The notes beneath the pieces are model-generated. The model did no database searches, was not told the origin of the DNA, and saw only the letters and a program-made list of their open reading frames with translations. A DNA stretch of 64,000 nt from Octopus vulgaris. Its lineage: Eukaryota. Position numbers and translations under genes: made by a program. Positions 1-11,846 of the stretch are shown one piece after another (positions within the stretch are counted from its first letter, which is position 1; each line of letters starts with the position of its first letter). The stretch covers positions 58,342,001 through 58,406,000 of the forward strand of contig OX597821.1 in NCBI GenBank assembly GCA_951406725.2, in the 5' to 3' direction.

Positions 1-265
1 CGAGAGACCAACAAAACTCCTTGTAACACCAAAGATGAACTGAAGGCAAGGATTATGGCAGCATTCACCAACTTAAACAAGGAGATCATCCAGAAGAGTT
101 GTAGGAGATTCCAGAGTTGTCTGGAGGCCATGGTTGAAGCCAATAGTGATTTTATTGAATAAATTTACTCTTTAGTATTTCAAGATATTTTTATGTAATT
201 TTGGTAAACATATTTCTTAAAATGAGATGTCAGTGTTAGACAACAATATATTCACCACACCCTCT
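1..265 (+). mobile_element. Tc1/mariner-superfamily transposon, 3' end (transposase C-terminus and probable TIR)
   Basis: Frame 1 reads RETNKTPCNTKDELKARIMAAFTNLNKEIIQKSCRRFQSCLEAMVEANSDFIE* (stop 160-162). This resembles the C-terminal helix of IS630-Tc1-mariner transposases (...R.RLE.V....GG.IE*). A TIR-like end lies near 265. Confidence 0.7.
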
Positions 266-539
266 GTGTGTGTGTGTGTGTGTGTATACATATATATATA
301 TATTTACAACGTCCATTTTTCCATGATTGCATGGAGGTTGACATGATTCTGTTGAAGCAGGTTTTCTACAGCTGAATGCCCTTCCTGTTGCCAACCTTCA
401 CCTGTTTCCAAATTAGGGTAATATTTACTAATGGATGAACATGTTTTCAGGGAAGAATGGAAACAAGGGACACCACTTCTATGATGGTAATACTCATATA
501 CAAGTATCATATATGATAGCAAGGCAAGAAAACAGCAAT

Positions 540-583
<44 letters not shown>

Positions 584-898
584 CAGACTTCTTCCATTTT
601 CCATCTAACCAAATCCACTCACAAGGCTTTGGTCAGCCTGGAGGTATAGTAGAAGATGCTTGCCCAAGGTGTCATGTAGAGGGACTAAACCCAAAACCAT
701 GTGGTTTACAAACAAATTTCTAACTGCATAGCCATATATATGCACATCAGGGCGGGGAGGGGGGAGATGCTGTTGGTGAAGAAGTGAGAGACAAAAGAAC
801 AAAAATGACAAAAAGATAGAATGCAAAAGAGTAACTTATTTTTGCATTTCAGTGAGAGGGCCAAGAAGGTGACAGAGGTTGTATACACATGACCTTAC

Positions 899-910
899 AT
901 GAATACTAAG
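899..910 (-). CDS. Candidate 12-nt microexon (LSIH) of an unidentified minus-strand gene
   Basis: Minus strand: tgttatttttattttttcttcccttag|CTTAGTATTCAT|gtaagg. Strong polypyrimidine acceptor and a canonical donor; phase 0-0, in frame with the 24-nt exon. Confidence 0.45.
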
Positions 911-1140
911 CTAAGGGAAGAAAAAATAAAAATAACAATAATAACACAGAAAATATGTCATGCTCCACTTTACAGAGCATAATATATGTGCACATGTATG
1001 TGTGTGTGAGTATGAGTGTGTGTGTGTGTGTGTGTGTGTGTCTATATGATGGTTTTTGGTAAGCAGTGTTGATATTTTACAATTCTGTAAATGACAATAA
1101 TATTTATAAGCTTAAAGCTTAAAAGCAACCACCATGTAAT

Positions 1141-1300
1141 GACTAAAGAAAATAGTCCAATATTGGGGCATATAAGCCCTCGATGGTAACACACTTGTCA
1201 CAAAAGCAAACAGCTGAATTCGAATGCCATGTGCACAAAATCCACTATTTTTTTCCATCAAGGGCTTATATGCCTCAATATTAGACTATTTTCTTTAGTC
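1141..1300. mobile_element. 160-bp foldback/MITE-like element with 46-bp terminal inverted repeats
   Basis: gactaaagaaaatagtccaatattggggcatataagccctcgatgg (1141-1186) matches the reverse complement of 1255-1300 with 3 mismatches. No clear TSD. Confidence 0.75.
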
Positions 1301-2224
1301 GCCCTTCCTAACGCTAACCACTGCGTGCTTTTTCTATGGCATTAGCACTAGTTTAGTATGATTGCTAAGTCACTCACAAGACTAGTGAGGCCACCATGTA
1401 GCTTCATCATTCAAGCACACCAACATTACCACATGCAGCAGAACATGCAGCTCCCTCTTTCCAGACTTCAAAAATCCTCCCCATTCAAGGCTCATATGCT
1501 ACCATGTAGCATTGCACTTCATACACATGCATCATACAACCTATTCTTCACTCTGCAAAAGAAATTGCTTGTCAGATTTTTCCCCTCTATTCTTACTCTG
1601 GTGATTATGTTTTCAGAACACCCACTTCTACTGGTTATTAGTCATTATCATCACCACTTAACATCTGTTTTCCATGCTAGCATGGGTTGGACAGTTTGAC
1701 TCACCAGGTTTCATTGTCTGTTTGGCATGGTTTCTATTGCTGGATGCCCTTCCTAATTAATGCCAAGCATTCCATAGAGTGCACGGGGTACTTTTAACAC
1801 AGCACCAGCACATAGCACCAGCACCAGTACCAATTCTGCTGCAGTGGACAGGTCTTCTTCAGTACATAAATGCTCCAGATATCTCAGTGCTTAGTACTTC
1901 ATCTAAGTAATCAAAGCTATCAGCTACTTCTAAGAAACAGTCTGGGCATTTGAAAGAATATATTTTATATGGAACCTAATTGATAACTACTCCGATACAT
2001 TTTCTCCAAATAAAGAATACCTTCTCTGCCAGAAATCCTTGTGATGCCACTACATCGCTTGTGCATCCATGACTTATAAACTGTACACAGTATGAAATTC
2101 TTGCCCGTTCCATTTTTGCATATCGAACATGCCCACTTCCATTATAGTAGTAAGATTCTATCTTCTCTCCTGCTCACTAAAACTTTAGTCTGTGTTAAGT
2201 TTACTTTGAGGCCTCTTAATATCT

Positions 2225-2655
2225 TTTATGTTCTATCTTTTATTTGTTTCAGTCACTGGACTGTGGCCATGTTGGGGTACAACCTTCAAGGGTCCTTAAT
2301 CAAACGAATTAACCCTAATATTTCTTTTTTTTTTTTAGAGTGTGGTGCCTGTTTCTATTGGTCGCATTTGCTGAAATGCTAAGTTATGGAGGACATAAAC
2401 ACACCAACACCAGTTTCAAGCTGTGGTGGACGGAAAACACAGACACAAATACACACACACACACACATGCATAGGTACCTCTACAGATACATATATGACA
2501 GGCTTCTTTCAGTTTCCATCTACCAAATCCACTCACAAGGCTTTGGTCAGCCTGTGGCTGTAGTAGAAGACACTTGGCCAAGATACTATACAGTGGGACT
2601 GAACCCAGAACCATGTGTTTGAGAAGCAAACTTCTCAAACCACACAGCCACACTT
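2225..2655 (-). mobile_element. tRNA-derived SINE, family A (near full-length copy)
   Basis: Same element as 27633-28015 in reverse orientation: head ...gtggctgtgtgg...ggttcagtcccact, central TA/TG tract, tail ...gactgaaacaaataaaag. Confidence 0.85.
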
Positions 2656-2699
2656 GCTTACAATTTTATCACACTTGACACCTTTAAAGTAGTTCTGTC

Positions 2700-3550
2700 C
2701 ACAGGTGAAACACACTTCTTACAACATAGTTTTCAGTTCAATTTTGAACATCTTCTGGAATATGTTTTCAATAGTGATGCACAGTTATCATTGCAAATTT
2801 TCCTAATCTTTTATGCCATTTAAAATCAGCAACCTTTCAGGCTGGTTTCAAATTTTGGGAATAGAGAAAAATCTGGAGGGACCACATGAGCAGCTACAAT
2901 GTCATGTCAGCCCACACTTCTAGCCCCTTTCTTTGCTCTCCTTCCTTCAAATAGTTCAAAACATCCAAATAAAACTCATTATTGATCATCTGGTCACATG
3001 AAATAAACTCATGATGAACAATGCCCAGCCATCAAAAATAGGCAGTCAACATCATCTTTACATCTGAACAACTCTGACGTGCTTTTTTGGGGGGGCTGAG
3101 GCAATGATTATTAAACCCATTGTGAAGACTGCTTCTTTGTTTTGATGTTGCAGTCACAACATGTTCCATCATTTGTTATGACATTTTTTCAGAAAGTTTC
3201 CATCAGCATTCAGCTAAACAGATCTCCTGACTGATTGTGACTTTGCACTCTTTTGCTTCACAAATTTTACAAGTACATGATGCAAGTTCAATTTTACTTT
3301 TGAAATTATGCAGCATGAACTTTTACAGATGCCTACTTCTTCAGCAACTTCACTGAGAGTAAGGGACAATTTCCAAGGATCAACACAAGCACATTCACAA
3401 TAGAATCATTGCTCATTATTGAGGGAGGTTGTCCAAATTTGGGATCATATTAGGGAGATGTTCCGATTTTGAAAGACTGGCACTGCTCATGACATTGTGT
3501 AAGGTTCAAACAACCACTTCCATAGACCTATGGCAACAGAAGGAAAACTT
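2700..3550 (-). mobile_element. Highly degenerate mariner-like remnant
   Basis: Only fragmentary resemblance to reverse-strand mariner transposase sequence; no intact ORF. Confidence 0.3.
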
Positions 3551-4454
3551 AAGACTTGGGTCTGTCATGAACTTAGAACTCTTAAGACTTGAGCTAATCC
3601 AAGTTTACAAAGAGTGTAAGTGATTGAGATTACAATCCACCACACTGAATGGGATGCCAGTCCATCACAAAGTCAACTTCCCAGCTGTTGCAGGGTCACT
3701 CCTTTACAGCTGAGTGGACTGAAGCAACATTAAATGAAGTGTTTTGCTCGAGAACACAGCACATCACCTGGTCCAAGAATCAAAATCACAACCTTATGAT
3801 TGCGAGTGTAACACCCTAACCACTATGCCACATGCCATCACCCAACAGAAGAAAAGTCACCATAAAACTTTTCCCAATTTTAAACAGGATTTCATACTAA
3901 CACAATCCTCATCCAAATCCTTCATTGATCAACTTATATTAAATTTTCCAAGTGCATTGGACATGCGTTCAGTCTAGCATCTCTAAACCAATGATGTGTA
4001 ATGCAGCTAATATGAAGCTGAAGGTTAAGACAGCAAGCTGGCAAAATTGTTAGTATGCCGGGCAAAAAGCTTAGCAGCATTTCTTCCGATATTTACATTC
4101 TGAGTTCAAATTCTACAGAGGTTGACTTTGCCTTTCATCCTTTCAGGGTCGATAAAATAAGTACTGGTCAAGCACTGGGATCAATGTAATCGTTACATAC
4201 CAAACTTGCTGGCCTTGTGCAAGGCCAAAATCTGAAATATCAAGCTGAAGCTCAAGGTCATCTATACACAGCATTGCAGTGGTGAGCACACTGTACTGAC
4301 TGGTTGATGTGCTATATTAAAAGTCCAGTTTTATTTGAATGGACCTCAGATGTGTATATTTACACAGCGTGAAATCTAAACCTAAAAGATGAACTACCTC
4401 ATTGATATCACACAGTTTCTCTGATAAATTCATAGTCTAAATTTTCTGTTTTAA

Positions 4455-5110
4455 GATAAGGAACACATTCATTGTAAACACAAAGACAAAACTGGCAAAA
4501 CTGGCTAGTAAGCTTGCCTACTCAGTAAGAGATGCATGGTTCAATTCCTGTCAGAGGTAATCACATATAATTGATAAATAAATGAGAAAACTTAAAGATA
4601 TACACAGGAAAACTTAATTCTTCAAAATTGTCATCATTGTTTGAACATCCACTCATCCAGGTTTGCATGGATCAGGTAGAGTCTATAAAGGCAGATTTTT
4701 TATGACCTGTCGCCCTTCCTGTTACCTACCCTTACCAGTTTCCAAGGCAAGGTAATATTTCCCTATATACATGACAGGCTTCTTTCAGTTTCTGTCTACC
4801 ACATGTACTCACAAGGCTTTGGTTGGCTATAGGAGAAGACACTTGCTCAAAATGCTACACAGCAGGACTGAACCTGAAACCATGTGGTTGGGAAACAAAA
4901 CCACACAGCCTGCACCCATAGACACACTTGTGTCTGTCTTATATGTCTACGTCTAAAATCACGTAGACAGGTATTAGGTCATTAATAACAGTTGTCAGGT
5001 TATCTAATCAAAGGGGAAGGAAATATATATTTTATTCATTGAACAGAGCTAAAGCTAGAGTTAAACAGCAGCTTTATGAACACTTTATGACTTTCAATCA
5101 AATCCTAGTA
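4455..5110 (+). repeat. Copy 1 of a duplicated segment with a tRNA-like core (interrupted by an insertion at about 4620-4950)
   Basis: Aligns by eye to 9985-10340. A-box-like TGGCAAAACTGG at 4493-4504, B-box-like GGTTCAATTCC at 4538-4548. Confidence 0.75.
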
Positions 5111-6409
5111 GTAACACAGTGACATTATATATTATCCTTAGGCAGTAGATAGTATTCATTTTTGCTTTCAGTCTAGCCAATTAATGGAATGTATTTGTTT
5201 AAAAATTAAAATCACGTAAACAAAACAGTCATCAGAAAACAAATAACGAAATCAGATAATAGAAATGAATAAAGCTTGTGAGTTTTGTGCTTAAAAACTT
5301 GCAGTGAAAATTTTGAAACTGACAGACAAAATGACTAGGTTGTTTTGATACTAACTATCAAGTGTAGATGGAAATAAGTTAATATGGAGTCTTCCCAACC
5401 TCATGGTTCTGGGTTTAGTCCCACTTCATGGCACCTTGGGCAAGTGTCTTTTCCCATAGCTCCAGGCCAACCAAAGCCTTGAGAGTGGATTTAGTAGACA
5501 GAAACTCAAAAAAGCCTGTCGTGTGTGTGTGTGTGTGTGTGTGCACGCATGTGTTTGTCACCCCCTCTCCACACTGCTTGACAACCAGTGTTGGTGTGTT
5601 TACATCCCCATAACTTAGTCAGCAAACGAGACTGAGAGAATAAGGACCCAGCTTTAAAAAAAAGTACTGGAGTCAACTCGTTCAATCAAAAATTCTTCAA
5701 GGCAGTGCCCCAGCATGGCAGCAGTCTAATGACTGCAACAAGTAAAAGACCAAAGATAAAAGAAGAAATCCTTCTGAGATTTATCACCATCAACTCCTGG
5801 ATATTACTGTCTTGAACCCTAGGGCTCTCAGAGCTGGTTCCCTGATTTCCATGGCATATAAGTGACCAAGATTACAGCATTCCCTTTGAATGTCAGTCCA
5901 CCACAGAGCTACTCATGTATTACTGAGTGAACTGGCCTCAAGAACACAATGCACTGCTCGAACCAAGAACTGAAACCATGATCTTGCAAGGATGAATACA
6001 ACCCCTTAACCACTAGGCTACACTCTTTCACTGAGATTTAGCCATGACTTGTAATATCATACAAATAACATAACCAGAATGTGAACCAGCAATGTCATCT
6101 TTCGTCATGGATGCTTTGGCACATGCCTTGCATTGTGACTTCATATTTTGCTGTTCTGGGGACAAGACACTTAGCACACTCTATTCCAGATAACCCACCC
6201 TGTAAACAGGCACCTAACAGATGAGGGAGCCCCTCTATGCAGCCACCTGACTTGCAAGTAATAGCAGCCAAATTTCTTTTAAAAATCATATACTACTATC
6301 TTAAACAGGGAAAGACACACAGGAAAACTTTCAAGAAAATTGATATTTTTTAATGAAATTTTATATAAATACCTTTCAAACAGCACAGAATATCTGTTAG
6401 AATGTCTTT

Positions 6410-6628
6410 ATCATATATCGTCCAAAACGAAAAGTTTTGCAGCATTTTCTCTCTGAGAATAGCTTCATTCTCTTTCACTATCATTCTCTATCCACTCCTT
6501 TCGTTCGCTCAATCCATCTCTCTAAATCACCTTCTCTTTTCCCCCTCCCTTCTCTGTCTCCTTGCCTCTAACCTTTTTCCTGCGTTTAATACAGTATATT
6601 TCTCTTACCTCTCAGCACTATTAATGTC

Positions 6629-6659
<31 letters not shown>

Positions 6660-7415
6660 CCTCTTTCTTTCTCTCTCCCTCTTACTCTCTATTCTTTGCC
6701 ACTTTGCTTCTTACTTCAACTATACTTCTGCTTAACAAGTTCCATCTCTCTTTTTACCTCTTCCTTTCAACTAAGTGTGACACACACCACAGGTACATAT
6801 GTAAATACGTAGGTATTCGCATATTAATATAACAATTTTTATCACTTGGAAATGAATTTGGGAATAATCAAAATAAATTGCGAAGTCCAGTGAAAGTCAC
6901 CCATGAAATAGAAATAATTATTTATACAAAAAGCAAGGACCTACGTACATCAAATTGTCTTTAAATTAAGTGGCAGCAGAAGAATTATAGTTGAATTTTT
7001 AAAAGGTATGCTTAAATATTAATGTAATACTCAAATACAGAGATCAATTTTCAGTTCTATAGTTTATTGTTGCCTATAGCATATGGCAGCAGTATGTCTC
7101 GTAAAAATAAATCTCTGCCAACAGAAGACCAGATTGCAGTCAAAAGAACCAAAGCTGCAGCAAAAAGAAGAAAGTCCCATGCAAATGAAAACCCAGATCA
7201 AATGGCAGCTAGGAGAGCTTCCAATGGTGAGAATATGCAAATACTTAGGGACTCTCAAGCTCCTGAACAAGCTGAATCTAGGAGAGCTTCCAATGTAGCC
7301 AACATGAGAAGAGTAAGGGATTCAGAATCACGAGGGCAATCAGAAACCAGGAGAGTTTCCAATGTTGTACAGGAGCTAGCATAAAAGCCACCCTATCAGG
7401 TGTCTTTTAACCTAG
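6410..7415 (+). mobile_element. Internally deleted Helitron-like element with an STPR-like repeat ORF (7094-7384)
   Basis: 3' hairpin aaaagccacc-ctatca-ggtgtctttt (7383-7408), then CTAG|T at 7412-7416. The ORF has a 23-aa period: ENPDQMAARRASNGENMQILRDS / QAPEQAESRRASNVANMRRVRDS / ESRGQSETRRVSNV. The 5' boundary is uncertain. Confidence 0.65.
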
Positions 7416-9618
7416 TGTGTGTGTGTATAGATAGATATATAAATATGGACATATATATATATGTGTATATATATATATATATCATCATCATCATCATCAT
7501 CGTTTAACGTCCGTTCTCCATGCTAGCATGGGTTAGACGGTTCGACCGGGGATCTGGGAAGTCAGAAGGCTGCACCAGGCTCCAGTCTTATCTGGCAATG
7601 TTTCTACAGCTGGATGCCCTTCCTAACGCCAACCACATATATATATATATATATATCAGTGACAACTCTGGCACTCAGGCTATTCAGGCTTAGCCCGAGT
7701 ATAAATTTAGGAAAGTGAACGTGTATTTGTAAGCTGATTTAATTTCTGCCAACACTGACTTCAAGTATGTAACTGCAGCCAACAACTCGGGCTCCTTTTA
7801 TCGAGCCTGGTCACAGTTCATTTATTTTCATTCCGTGTCTGGCAATCATCTTAGAGGTGCCCTGTGTCAAAAAGTATTATTCGTAGCAGACGTTCTCTCA
7901 ACATCGTTCACATGTACTTGACGCGGGCTCCAAAGTTACACCCCAAGTTGTTATCTATAATCATAAAAATTAAAAGTAATTCAAATTCAATTTTTCCTTG
8001 AAACAATAAATTTCTATAGAGATTAGGCTTTAAATTCTAATCTATGAAAAGTTTCCTTTCTACAATATTCTTAAAGGAAGGAAAAACAATCTAGCAACTG
8101 GGGCTAATATGAACGAGCCTGGTAGGTGTAAAAGACTAATTGACATCTCTTGTCAAGAGTACAGGCAACAGTCAGATTGCTGATGTTTGTTGTGCACTCC
8201 ACTGTTGTTATTTGATTGCTGTCATTCTGTGCATCTGTGTGTAAAGACCAGTTGTGTTTTGCAGGGTTCTTTATTTTTACCCTTAACTTAAAAATGGAGA
8301 AAGACTTAGTGCTAGATATTAAAAATAAGCCATTTGGGGCTAGAAATAAAGTGGAAAAATGTGAAATTCTTTGAGCAGGCATCATGTGTCTTATGCAAAA
8401 TCTGTGATAAACCTGAGTAATGCTGATGACTTGGAGTCGCCTCTGATGTGTGTGTGTGCAAGAGAGAAATATTAGACCATATGATGTCAAATAAGTCAGC
8501 ATTGAATCAGTGATGCCAAACAGACAGGGCCAAAATGGCTGTGCCAAAACTTCTCAAACTCAGGAAGAGTGTATGGACGAACACTGCCCGAATAAAAAAT
8601 AGAATGCTTACAGCTTGGACATCTTTAATCATAATGGTCTGCTTGACCAAGGCTAACATGATGATAGATGACAGCAACAAAAGAGCATCTAAGTGGTCAT
8701 TGTAACTGTGTGACTAGTTTTAATTTTTCCCTGATGTAGTTCCCTTCCCATGCAGTCTTGATATCAATACAGCTGATCACCCACTGATGGATACATTTCA
8801 TCACCAAATGTCAATGCAATTGGCTCGTTTTATCAGACTGTTAGCAGGAATGTTGGCAGAGTCTAAAATACCAACCCACAACCTACGAGTCCAACCCAAA
8901 TTACTGCTGAGTAGTGAAAATAACTAAATAACACAAAGAGAAGTCTGTCGAGGACTGATGATGTCAGCAAGTGACTAACCCATTCCAGTCTGGTAGGACA
9001 TAAAGAATTTGTCTTTTTATCCATAACTAATCTGACCAGCAAAAGATACAATAAACCCAGTAGGTGTTTAACTCATTAGATCCCAGTGTTATAAACAAGT
9101 ACTATTTCAACAAACAACATATAGGATTGTCATTGACAATATCATTTTCTAGTTGTCTTTTCTTTGACGTGCATCCATTAATTAGCCAGCAGTCACAGCT
9201 CAGTCAAGGTCAACAGCCGAACGAATCTACAACACTCTGACTGTGGCACACTTTTCCATGGTCTGATGGAATGTCTTGTGGCAGACATTCTACAGCCAGA
9301 TGTAGTTCCTTGTCACCAACCTTCACCGGTCTCCATGTAAGGTAATAATACCCCATAGCCAGACATGTTTTTCACAGAAGACTAGAAATGAACAACCTCA
9401 CTTGTATGACAGTAATGCTCATTTACAACCATCACATCATGTCTAGACAAGTATACACACAAATACATATGTACGCATACATATATATACTTATATATAT
9501 ACATATATCATGGGCTTCCAAACAGTTTCAGTTACCAAATCCACTCACAAGATCTTTGCCCATGGTGTGAGCTCCTTAGCCATACAGTCATTTATAGAAC
9601 AAAACATAGTAACCATAC

Positions 9619-9642
9619 CTTCATGTTGGCATCCATAGGTTC
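9619..9642 (-). CDS. Candidate 24-nt microexon (EPMDANMK) of an unidentified minus-strand gene
   Basis: Minus strand: attattgtttacttgtag|GAACCTATGGATGCCAACATGAAG|gtatgg. A GC-richer island in AT-rich unique sequence with canonical sites; phase 2 is closed by TGA. Confidence 0.55.
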
Positions 9643-9984
9643 CTACAAGTAAACAATAATAATATATTAATATTAACCACCAAAGATAAGAAATGCAAAG
9701 AAAATGTAATATATTAATTTTATATATAATGAGAGAGCAAGAGAGGGAGAGAGAGAGAATTATAGAAATGATTCAGTTATTATCGGAAGACTGACACAAC
9801 CAAAAGATAACAGCTTATATAAATTGACAAAGTGAAGATAAACTAAATGTTAAAGTCAACAGAACAGAAATGTATTAAATCTTAATCACCAACAGATTAA
9901 TATAATCTGAAACAATTGAGCTGAAACTCATGAGAAGACACAGACCAGGAAATATAACTAATATAGAATACATTCATGTAAGGA

Positions 9985-10340
9985 TAAGGATCAAATTCAT
10001 TGTAAACACAAAGACAAAACTGGCAAAACTGGTTAGTAAGCTTGCCCGTTCAGTAAGAGATGCATGGTTCAATTCCTGTCAGAGATGATCACATACAATT
10101 GATATATAAAATGGAAAAGTTATAAAGATATACACAGGGCAACTTAATTCCTATATGCCTTAAATAACTTAGGTAGGCATTAGATCATCAATACATGTTA
10201 ACAACAGTTGTTTGGTTATAATCAAGAGGAAAGGAGATATTAAATATAGAATTAAACACCAGCTTTATAAACAAATGCATGATTATCAAATATATCAAAT
10301 TATCAAATACATAATGATTATCAAATACTAATGTTAATTG
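9985..10340 (+). repeat. Copy 2 of the duplicated segment with a tRNA-like core
   Basis: A-box-like 10021-10032, anticodon-arm-like cttgc-ccgttca-gtaag, B-box-like 10066-10076. Paralogous to 4455-5110. Confidence 0.75.
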
Positions 10341-11280
10341 TAGTAATACCAAAGGCAGCAAACTGACTGAATGCTTAGCAGCATTTGTTCCAGTTCTTTA
10401 CACTCTAAATTCAAATGTTGCCAAAATTGACTTTGTCTTACATCATTCTGGGGTTGATAAAATAAGTACCAATTGAGTGATGGGATCAGTGTAATCTAAT
10501 AGACTTCTCCTCTAAAATTTGAGGCCCAGTGTCTATAGTAGAAAGAAATTATACTAAAACTAATTAAGATAATACAAATATTGGCTTCAAATTTTGGTGA
10601 AAGGCCAGCAATTTGAGGGGAGGGGATTAGTCAATGACATCAACCCTGGTATTCAACTGGTATTTATTTTATTGACCCTGAAAGGAGGAAAGGCAAAATC
10701 GACCTCAGCGGAATTTGAACTCAGAACGTAAGATGAATGAAATGTTGCTAAAGCATTTTGCCCAAAGTGCCAATGATTCTGCCAGCCTGCCACATCATCA
10801 TCATCATCATCATCATCATCATTTAACATCCATTGTCCATGCTGGTATGGGTTGGACGGTTTGACTGGGCTGGCACACTGGAAGGCTCCACCAGACTCCA
10901 GCTTGATTTGACATGGATGGTTTTCTATGACTAGATGCCCTTCCAAACACCAACCACTCTGAGAGTGTAACGGGTGCTTTAACATGCCACCAGCACAGGT
11001 ACCATTTGCATGACACCAGAGTGCATTTACATGCCACCTACACAGACGCCAATTTGCGTGACACCAATACTAAAACAAATATTATCATCATTTAACGTCC
11101 GCTTTCCATGCTAGCATGGGTTGGACGGTTCAGCTGGGGTCTGGGAAACCAGAAGGCTGCACCAGGCCCAGTCTGATCTGGCAATGTTTCTACGGCTGGA
11201 TGCTCTTCCTAACACCAACCACTCCGTGAGTGTAGCGATTATTATAAAATACAATCATTTATTCAATAGGGTTTATTGCA

Positions 11281-11846
11281 TTTGGTTGTCCGGAAAGTTT
11301 GTGCCGATTTATAGTAGCTTACCTTTCGACTTATTTTAGAACATGGTTGAGTCCATAAAATAGGATTTGACTACACTGCCATTTAGAGCACAGTTTAAGC
11401 TATCTTTTCGTGGAAGAAGGTTTATGTTCCTATAACCTGTGTTAATTCTGTAACCCTTTAAAATGGAAGATAAGAAAGTTTATTTTCGGCACTTGATGCT
11501 TTGGGAACCAGACAAAAATTGCTGCAGCTTGGCTAGGACGTGTTACCCCACCCTCCATATTCACCAGATATTGCTCCTTCGGATTTCCACTTATTCAGGT
11601 CTCTGCAGAATAGTCTAAATGGTAAAAATTTCAATTCCTTGGATGACGTAAAAAGATATCTTGATGAATTCTTTGCCATGAAACCCCCTCAATTCTGGGA
11701 AGAGGGTATTTTCAAGTTAAAGGAAAGATGGAGACGCATTGTGCAACAAAATGGTTCATATTTGGTTGATTAAAAATGTAATGGCAAGTATTTATTGACC
11801 TTTTTCTTTCCTTTAAAAATCGGCACAAACTTTCCGCACAACCCAA
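11281..11846 (+). mobile_element. Internally deleted mariner element
   Basis: TIRs tttggttgtccggaaagtttgtgccgattt / aaatcggcacaaactttccgcacaacccaa+TA. The N-terminus MEDKKVYFRHLMLWE (ATG 11463) lies directly next to a C-terminal fragment with the mariner motif HPPYSPDIAPSDFHLF...W..GI.KL.ERW (11540-11773). Confidence 0.93.

Noticed and set aside
9995-10090. H/ACA snoRNA on the minus strand (ACAGGA...ACAatg), or a functional tRNA-Asn(GTT) on plus
   Set aside because: No convincing two-hairpin fold. For a tRNA, the acceptor and T stems do not pair properly and the anticodon differs between copies.
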